The notes under the pieces are model-generated. The model worked only from the letters and a program-made list of their open reading frames with translations, was not told the DNA's origin and did not search any database. Made by a program: the position numbers and the translations under genes. A DNA stretch of 64,000 bases from Lachnospiraceae bacterium (GTDB lineage Bacteria > Bacillota > Clostridia > Lachnospirales > Lachnospiraceae), in NCBI GenBank assembly GCA_024405155.1, contig JAKSPC010000003.1:24846-88845 (forward strand). Reading direction: 5' to 3'. This document shows, piece after piece, positions 58,913 to 64,000 of this stretch (positions within the stretch are counted from its first letter, which is position 1; every line of letters starts with the position of its first letter).

Positions 58913-60061
58913 TCAGAATTCGCTCATTACCGTATTGGCAAGTTCCATCCCTCTTTCCGTGAGTCTCACGTCATAGCCGTCACGCTCCAGAAGCCCTCTG
59001 GCCGTATACCTGTCAATTATGTTTCCATAGACGTCATCCAGCTGCAGACCGAACCTTCTGTAAAAGTCGATACTGCCCACGCCTTTTGTAAGCCTCAGTC
59101 CCAGGATCATGAATTCCCGCATCTTTTCCCGTTCCGGGAGCGTCTCCACGCTCTGCTTTCCTTTCACGTACTCTTCCCAGGAAAGTTCCGTGAATCCCGT
59201 CTTCAGGTAGTCTTCGAAGACTGTGGTATTCTTGAATCGCGTGCCGTTTACATAGGATGACGATCCCAGTCCGAAGCCGATGTAATCTTTTCCCGTCCAG
59301 TATCCTTTATTGTGCCGGCATTCCTTTCCTTCCCTCGCATAATTGGAGATCTCATAGCGGAGGAACTTGTATGCGGTCATCAGTTCCTTTGTCACGGCGT
59401 CCATGGCGGCAGCTTCCTCCTCCGACGGCAGAGAAAGCTCTCCCCTTGCCACCAGATCACAGAAGGGCGTTCCCTCCTCCAGCTGCAGATTATAAACGGA
59501 AACATGTTCCGGCTTCAGCATGAGAACGTTTTTCAGCGTCTTTTTCCAGCTTGCGGCCGTCTGGGTGGGGAAACAGTTGATGAGATCCACATTTATGTTG
59601 TCAAAGCCTTCCATGCGGGCTCCCTGATAACATTTCAGGAATTCTTCAAAGGTGTGGATCCTTCCCAGAACTTTCAGTTCTCCGTTGTCTGCGGACTGAA
59701 GCCCGATGCTCAAACGGTTGATCCCCGCCTCCCGGTATCTGGCAAATTTGTGCCGGAGGGTGGAACCGGGGTTCACCTCGATGGTGATCTCAGCTTCACT
59801 TGTCATCCGGTAGTTTTCCCGCATGCAGTCCATGAGTTCTGCGATCAGATCCGCTTCCAGGACCGAAGGCGTCCCTCCGCCGATAAAAACGGACGTCACT
59901 TCATGCTCCGGAAATAAAACGGAGGCGTTCATGATCTCTTCCTTCAACCGGTCCACATACGCACGCTGGGGCATCCCTCCGGAAGGAAATGAAAGGAAGT
60001 CGCAGTAATTGCACTTCCTTGCACAGAACGGAATATGAATATATATTTCAAGCTCTTTCAT
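58913..60061 (-). CDS. hemW: radical SAM heme chaperone HemW (HemN-like)
   Basis: 382-aa ORF with IHIPFCARKCNYCDF (CxxxCxxC). In the conserved position upstream of hrcA. Confidence 0.9.
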   Translation of the reverse strand: MKELEIYIHIPFCARKCNYCDFLSFPSGGMPQRAYVDRLKEEIMNASVLFPEHEVTSVFIGGGTPSVLEADLIAELMDCMRENYRMTSEAEITIEVNPGSTLRHKFARYREAGINRLSIGLQSADNGELKVLGRIHTFEEFLKCYQGARMEGFDNINVDLINCFPTQTAASWKKTLKNVLMLKPEHVSVYNLQLEEGTPFCDLVARGELSLPSEEEAAAMDAVTKELMTAYKFLRYEISNYAREGKECRHNKGYWTGKDYIGFGLGSSSYVNGTRFKNTTVFEDYLKTGFTELSWEEYVKGKQSVETLPEREKMREFMILGLRLTKGVGSIDFYRRFGLQLDDVYGNIIDRYTARGLLERDGYDVRLTERGMELANTVMSEF

Positions 60062-60065
60062 GCTT

Positions 60066-60644
60066 TCAGTCGATTTCTTTCAGAATATAGATATCCGCCG
60101 TGATCCAGCCGTGATCCGTTACTTTGTAGGCATCCCTGACGTCCTCAAAATAAAGATCCACTACAGGTACGTTTCCGGTATTTGCCGTTCCGTATTCCAC
60201 GGCCGCCCCGCCCGTGTCCTGACATTTGTAGACTCCGTCATAACGGGAAAAGTCTGCGCCTTCTCCGCTGCAGCCCACCCCTCTTACGAGGATCACTTTT
60301 CCAAGATTGGCTCTGGTGGAAGCAGCGGTATAATTCTGGCGAACTTCGGCACCGCTTGCCGTTTTCCTGCTTCCCGTCTCACCTGCCGAAAAACCGGTAA
60401 GATAGTGCTGTCCCCAATAACTTTCCACCGCATACTTCTTTCCGTCGAACACATAATACGTATTGCCGCCGGCATCCGTGAAGCATTTTGCCGCCGTGCC
60501 GGTATCGGGCCCCGCCGCGCTGCCGGGAGTTTCCGCTGCAGCGTATTTTGTCCCCTGTCCTGTTGCCTGTGCGGCCAGAGAAAGCATGGGCCAGGCAGCT
60601 GCCAGGAGAAGAGCCAGGATCAGACTGATCTGCTTGTTTTTCAT
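60066..60644 (-). CDS. secreted 3D-domain protein (MltA/YuiC-like)
   Basis: Signal peptide (LLLAAAWPMLSLAAQA) and a C-terminal segment with TASG...CQDTGGA...VVDLYF, typical of the 3D domain. ATGA overlap with the upstream stop. Confidence 0.72.
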   Translation of the reverse strand: MKNKQISLILALLLAAAWPMLSLAAQATGQGTKYAAAETPGSAAGPDTGTAAKCFTDAGGNTYYVFDGKKYAVESYWGQHYLTGFSAGETGSRKTASGAEVRQNYTAASTRANLGKVILVRGVGCSGEGADFSRYDGVYKCQDTGGAAVEYGTANTGNVPVVDLYFEDVRDAYKVTDHGWITADIYILKEID

Positions 60645-61282
60645 CCCATCACCACCATGTAATTGTATTTTTTCTCATGGGCGATCGTAGTCTCGTCACC
60701 ATGCCCCGGATATACTTTCGTATCGTCCGGCAATGTCATCAGCTTCTCTTTGATACTGGAAATGATCGACGCCGTGCTTCCCGTGGGAAGGTCCGTCCTT
60801 CCGGCGCCTTCCAGAAACAGCGTATCTCCGGAGAACAGGATGCACTGTCCTTCCAGATAATAACAGGTACTGCCCACGGTATGCCCCGGGGTCGCCACGA
60901 CTTTTACCGGGATCTTTGCCGGAGAGAGCGCCGTGCCATCCGCGACAAAGCGGATGTTTTCCGTGGGGAAATTTCCCCCGAATGCCCTTAAGAGACTCTT
61001 TTCCGGATCTTCCAGCACCTCGCGTTCCTTCTCCAGCGCAATGACCGTCATTTCCGGGTACTGCTTCCGGATCCATTCCACCGCCATGATATGATCAAAG
61101 TGTCCGTGAGTGAGAAGGCAGGCTGCGGGCGTGAGATGCAGGCTTTCCAACTGCCTCAGGATCATGTTTCCCGAGGCGCCGGGATCCACCAGAAAGCATT
61201 CCCCGTGCCCGTTTTCTTCATATACGATATAACAGTTTTCTTCCAGCGGTCCTACGACCGTTTTTTTTACCGTCAAAGCCAT
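60641..61282 (-). CDS. MBL-fold metallo-hydrolase (glyoxalase II-like)
   Basis: THGHFDH motif and later His/Asp ligands. Start set at MALTVKKTVVGPLEENCY. Confidence 0.8.
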   Translation of the reverse strand: MALTVKKTVVGPLEENCYIVYEENGHGECFLVDPGASGNMILRQLESLHLTPAACLLTHGHFDHIMAVEWIRKQYPEMTVIALEKEREVLEDPEKSLLRAFGGNFPTENIRFVADGTALSPAKIPVKVVATPGHTVGSTCYYLEGQCILFSGDTLFLEGAGRTDLPTGSTASIISSIKEKLMTLPDDTKVYPGHGDETTIAHEKKYNYMVVMG

Positions 61283-61287
61283 ATCCG

Positions 61288-62259
61288 TCACCTGATCACC
61301 ACGTCGCCGTAAGCCGTACAGTAGTTTTTCTTCACATCCAGTCCGCTGATCCACTCTTTTGTACGCCAGGTCTGGTAACCCAGACGATTGTCTCTCCCGG
61401 CCTCAAACAGCCAATGCGGAGTGCTCCAGATACAGTTTACGGGAGCGCATCTCTGATAGAATGCCTGCCCTACGCCTCCCTGTCCGTGATGAGCCAGCTG
61501 CAGGTAATCGCATACGATCCCGTCAAGTACTCCCCGGGACATCAGGTCGTTTCCCACGGCCTCGCCCATATCGCCCAGAATCACCAGATGTTTTCCTTCT
61601 ATCGTAATGTCATACATTATACTGGAACTGTTGATGGCAAAATTGTCATAGGATTTCTGAGGTCCGTTGAGCACCCGAATGGAAAGATGTTCGGAAACCG
61701 GGATCACGTCTCCCGCGGCAAGCGTTTTATGCTGTCTTTCCTGCGGAAATGATGCCAGTTGTTCCGTAAGTCGGTCTACCATTTCCGTGCGGAAGGGGTC
61801 CACCTGCAGGTACCACTCCCGTTCCGGGAAACAGTAGTAAATATTTCTTATGTCTATATCGTTTCTGTGATCCTTAAGGATCATATACAGACCGCCCACG
61901 TGATCGTTGTGCGCATGGGTAACGAGCCAGGCATCCACGGTCCCGCCGCATTCCTTTATCACGCGGAGAAGATGCGCTGCGTCATCCTCTGCGCCGCCGT
62001 CGATGACCACCACTTTTCCGTCGGCGCTTCTGACCACACCGGAAAGCTGCTGCATATTGGAGGCCTCGTTCTTTAAAAAGCAGATCATTCCTCCGCAAAG
62101 CCCCGCCCCTTCGTCCACAGTAAGCGGCTGTATGGCAGCTTTGCTATAGTCCGCAGCAGGCCCGGCAAGCGCCGCACCGGAAAACAGACATAAAAACAGG
62201 GTCAGAACGACTGCCCCCGCCAGAAGTCTTGTCGGAATTTTCATGTATTTCTTTCTCAT
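61288..62259 (-). CDS. secreted MBL-fold hydrolase (ComEC C-terminal-domain-like)
   Basis: Signal peptide (LLAGAVVLTLFLCLFSGAALA), VVVIDGG and THAHNDHVGG motifs. Start could be at 62259 or 62244. Confidence 0.68.
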   Translation of the reverse strand: MRKKYMKIPTRLLAGAVVLTLFLCLFSGAALAGPAADYSKAAIQPLTVDEGAGLCGGMICFLKNEASNMQQLSGVVRSADGKVVVIDGGAEDDAAHLLRVIKECGGTVDAWLVTHAHNDHVGGLYMILKDHRNDIDIRNIYYCFPEREWYLQVDPFRTEMVDRLTEQLASFPQERQHKTLAAGDVIPVSEHLSIRVLNGPQKSYDNFAINSSSIMYDITIEGKHLVILGDMGEAVGNDLMSRGVLDGIVCDYLQLAHHGQGGVGQAFYQRCAPVNCIWSTPHWLFEAGRDNRLGYQTWRTKEWISGLDVKKNYCTAYGDVVIR

Positions 62260-62324
62260 GTTTCTAACCATAACACACACCGGAATGCCGGACAAGGTGT
62301 TTCATCACATTGTAAGAGAAGCGT

Positions 62325-62351
62325 AAAAAAGGCGCTGCAAAAGGCAGCGCC
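62325..62351 (-). terminator. rho-independent terminator after the ABC ATPase gene
   Basis: Minus strand GGCGCTGC-loop-GCAGCGCC followed by TTTTTTAC. Confidence 0.78.
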
Positions 62352-62368
62352 CGAAACGGACAAACTCA

Positions 62369-63157
62369 TTATACAAGAACTTTTGCCAGAAACTCCTTGA
62401 GTCTGGGGCTCTTCGGATGATTGAAGATTTCATCCGGTGTTCCTTCTTCCACCAGCTTTCCGTCAGCCATGAAAAGGACTCTCTCTCCCACTTCCTTGGC
62501 AAATCCCATCTCGTGGGTCACCACTACCATGGTCATGTCTGCCCTGGCCAGTTCTTTCATAACGTCCAGTACCTCACCTACCATTTCGGGATCCAGAGCG
62601 GAGGTAGGCTCATCGAACAGCATGACTTCCGGTTCCATCATAAGCGCTCTTACAATGGCAACTCTCTGCTTCTGTCCGCCGGAAAGCTGTACGGGATAGG
62701 CACCTGCCCTGTCCTTAAGCCCCACTCTTTCAAGAAGTTTTAACGCCTTCTCTTCCGCTTCGGCTTTTGACATATGCTTTACGCGGATGGGCGCCAGCGT
62801 CATGTTTTCCATGATCGTCATGTGCGGAAACAGGTTGAAGTGCTGGAATACCATTCCCATTCTCTGACGGTGTTTATCCAGGTCCATGGGAACGGTCTTT
62901 CCGTTCTCGTCCTTCATGGTCTTTGCCGTGATATCCACGCCGTCAAACCAGATCTGTCCGCTGGTGGGGAACTCCATCAGGTTCAGAGAGCGAAGAAACG
63001 TGGACTTTCCGGAACCGGAAGGACCGATGACCACCATCATGTCTCCTTTGTAGATCTCTGTGGAGATCCCGTCCAGCGCTTTGATCTTGCCGCCCACATA
63101 GTGCTTCTTCAGATCCACGACTTTAATGATCGGCTCTTTTTTTTCTGTGTTTTCCAT
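62369..63157 (-). CDS. amino-acid-type ABC transporter ATP-binding protein (GlnQ/ArtP-like); no permease or binding protein nearby
   Basis: Walker [11 protein letters not shown]-loop [11 protein letters not shown], signature LSGGQKQR and Walker [12 protein letters not shown]. Confidence 0.9.
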   Translation of the reverse strand: MENTEKKEPIIKVVDLKKHYVGGKIKALDGISTEIYKGDMMVVIGPSGSGKSTFLRSLNLMEFPTSGQIWFDGVDITAKTMKDENGKTVPMDLDKHRQRMGMVFQHFNLFPHMTIMENMTLAPIRVKHMSKAEAEEKALKLLERVGLKDRAGAYPVQLSGGQKQRVAIVRALMMEPEVMLFDEPTSALDPEMVGEVLDVMKELARADMTMVVVTHEMGFAKEVGERVLFMADGKLVEEGTPDEIFNHPKSPRLKEFLAKVLV

Positions 63158-63169
63158 CTTCTGCCCCCT

Positions 63170-63466
63170 TTAGAAATTCACGCATGTCCTGTCTGCGGTA
63201 TACGGCCGTACAAAAGTATCCGCAACGCATACGTGTGCCGGATGTTTTGCGTACACGGCAATGTCCGCTGCCTCCTCGTGCGTCGTAACGAGACACATCT
63301 CCCTGTTGGAACCGGGAAGCGGCTCCTCATGAAACGTCACGGTAAGAAGGCCCGGAACCTTTCCCACGAGTGCTTCCAGATTTTTTTTCATGTCTGCCTT
63401 CAGCGCCTTCTTGTCTTCCTCTTTTACTTCCGGCTTAAAGTTCCACGCTACCACATGTGTGACCAT
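63170..63466 (-). CDS. Dabb-family (stress-responsive alpha/beta barrel) protein
   Basis: About 98 aa starting MVTHVVAWNFKPE, with AAGGAG after the lepA stop codon. This is the Dabb-like pattern as I recall it. Confidence 0.75.
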   Translation of the reverse strand: MVTHVVAWNFKPEVKEEDKKALKADMKKNLEALVGKVPGLLTVTFHEEPLPGSNREMCLVTTHEEAADIAVYAKHPAHVCVADTFVRPYTADRTCVNF

Positions 63467-63482
63467 TTCGATCTGTTCTCCT

Positions 63483-64000
63483 TTATTCTTCATCCAGTTT
63501 AAGGACTGCCATGAATGCGGACTGCGGAATATCCACGTTTCCGAACGTACGCATCCGTTTCTTTCCTTCCTTCTGCTTTTCCAGAAGTTTTTTCTTACGG
63601 GAAATGTCCCCGCCGTAGCATTTGGCCAGTACGTCTTTCCTCAGTGCCTTGACCGTCTCCCTGGCCACGATCTTTCCGTCCACTGCCGCCTGAATGGGGA
63701 TCTCAAACTGCTGCCTGGGGATCTCTTCCTTCAGCTTTTCGCACATTTTTCTTCCCCGCTCGTACGCGGAGTCCGCAAAGACGATGAACGAAAGCGCATC
63801 CACCTCTTCGTGATTCACCAGGATGTCCAGTTTCACCAGTTTGCTCTGGCGGTATCCCTTCAGTTCATAATCAAAGGAAGCATAGCCGCGGCTCCTGGAT
63901 TTGAGAGCATCAAAGAAATCGTAAATGATCTCGTTCAAAGGCAGTTCATAGTGCAGGAGCGCTCTTGTCTCTTCCAGATATTCCATGCCGTTGTAGACGC
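63483..64000 (-). CDS. lepA: translation elongation factor 4 (LepA), C-terminal part (5' end outside window)
   Basis: The frame stays open to the window edge. The C-terminal sequence ...[25 protein letters not shown]...[24 protein letters not shown] is LepA-specific. Confidence 0.95.
   Translation of the reverse strand, partial: VYNGMEYLEETRALLHYELPLNEIIYDFFDALKSRSRGYASFDYELKGYRQSKLVKLDILVNHEEVDALSFIVFADSAYERGRKMCEKLKEEIPRQQFEIPIQAAVDGKIVARETVKALRKDVLAKCYGGDISRKKKLLEKQKEGKKRMRTFGNVDIPQSAFMAVLKLDEE

Overview
This is a 64-kb, gene-dense stretch of core chromosome from a Firmicutes/Clostridia-type genome; the gene order looks Lachnospiraceae-like, but I cannot name the taxon from sequence alone.

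About 90% of genes are on the minus strand. Many neighbouring genes share 1-4-nt ATGA or TAATG stop/start overlaps, which indicates long, translationally coupled operons.

Recognisable blocks, listed in order of decreasing coordinate (the direction of transcription):
- lepA, then a five-gene insert, then hemW and the CIRCE-controlled hrcA-grpE-dnaK-dnaJ operon.
- An AT-rich single-gene insert, then ychF-lgt.
- A compact dcw cluster: mraZ-rsmH-ftsL-pbp-mraY-murD-ftsW-ftsQ-ftsZ.
- A barstar-like gene, recJ, a small alarmone hydrolase and an I42-inhibitor lipoprotein.
- tRNA-Arg plus a LarA-like gene, both on the plus strand.
- rsuA-hslO-thyA-folA-birA-comEA-asp23-nusB-xseAB-ispA-dxs-tlyA-argR-recN.
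- A PrsA-like lipoprotein, an M18 aminopeptidase and a NusG_II protein.
- tRNA-Val and tRNA-Met on the plus strand.
- dagK-ispF-cysS-mrnC, a small HExxH membrane protein, prmA, a MATE transporter and a DUF4250 protein, followed by tRNA-Thr.
- A CDP-alcohol phosphatidyltransferase; rsmJ and an EamA transporter on the plus strand; an M20 peptidase; trmO on the plus strand.
- rlmB-glnS-relA-hemZ and the 5' part of PFOR (nifJ).

I saw no rRNA genes, CRISPR arrays, transposases, integrases or prophage genes.

I did not find a convincing multi-gene novel system. The most unusual locus is the AT-rich insertion between dnaJ and ychF (52.6-53.9 kb). It encodes an orphan P-loop ATPase with a winged-helix-like tail, preceded by a helically phased array of TGAT[T/C] pentamers.

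Secondary curiosities:
- An orphan barstar-like gene is translationally coupled to recJ.
- An RSH-type HD hydrolase is coupled to a chagasin-family (I42) inhibitor lipoprotein.
- ftsQ has no canonical start codon behind its perfect Shine-Dalgarno sequence.
- A four-copy MraZ-box array abuts the mraZ start codon.
- A roughly 108-nt rod-like hairpin sits between dnaK and dnaJ.

All functional calls come from my own motif recognition on the translated ORFs. No database search was run.
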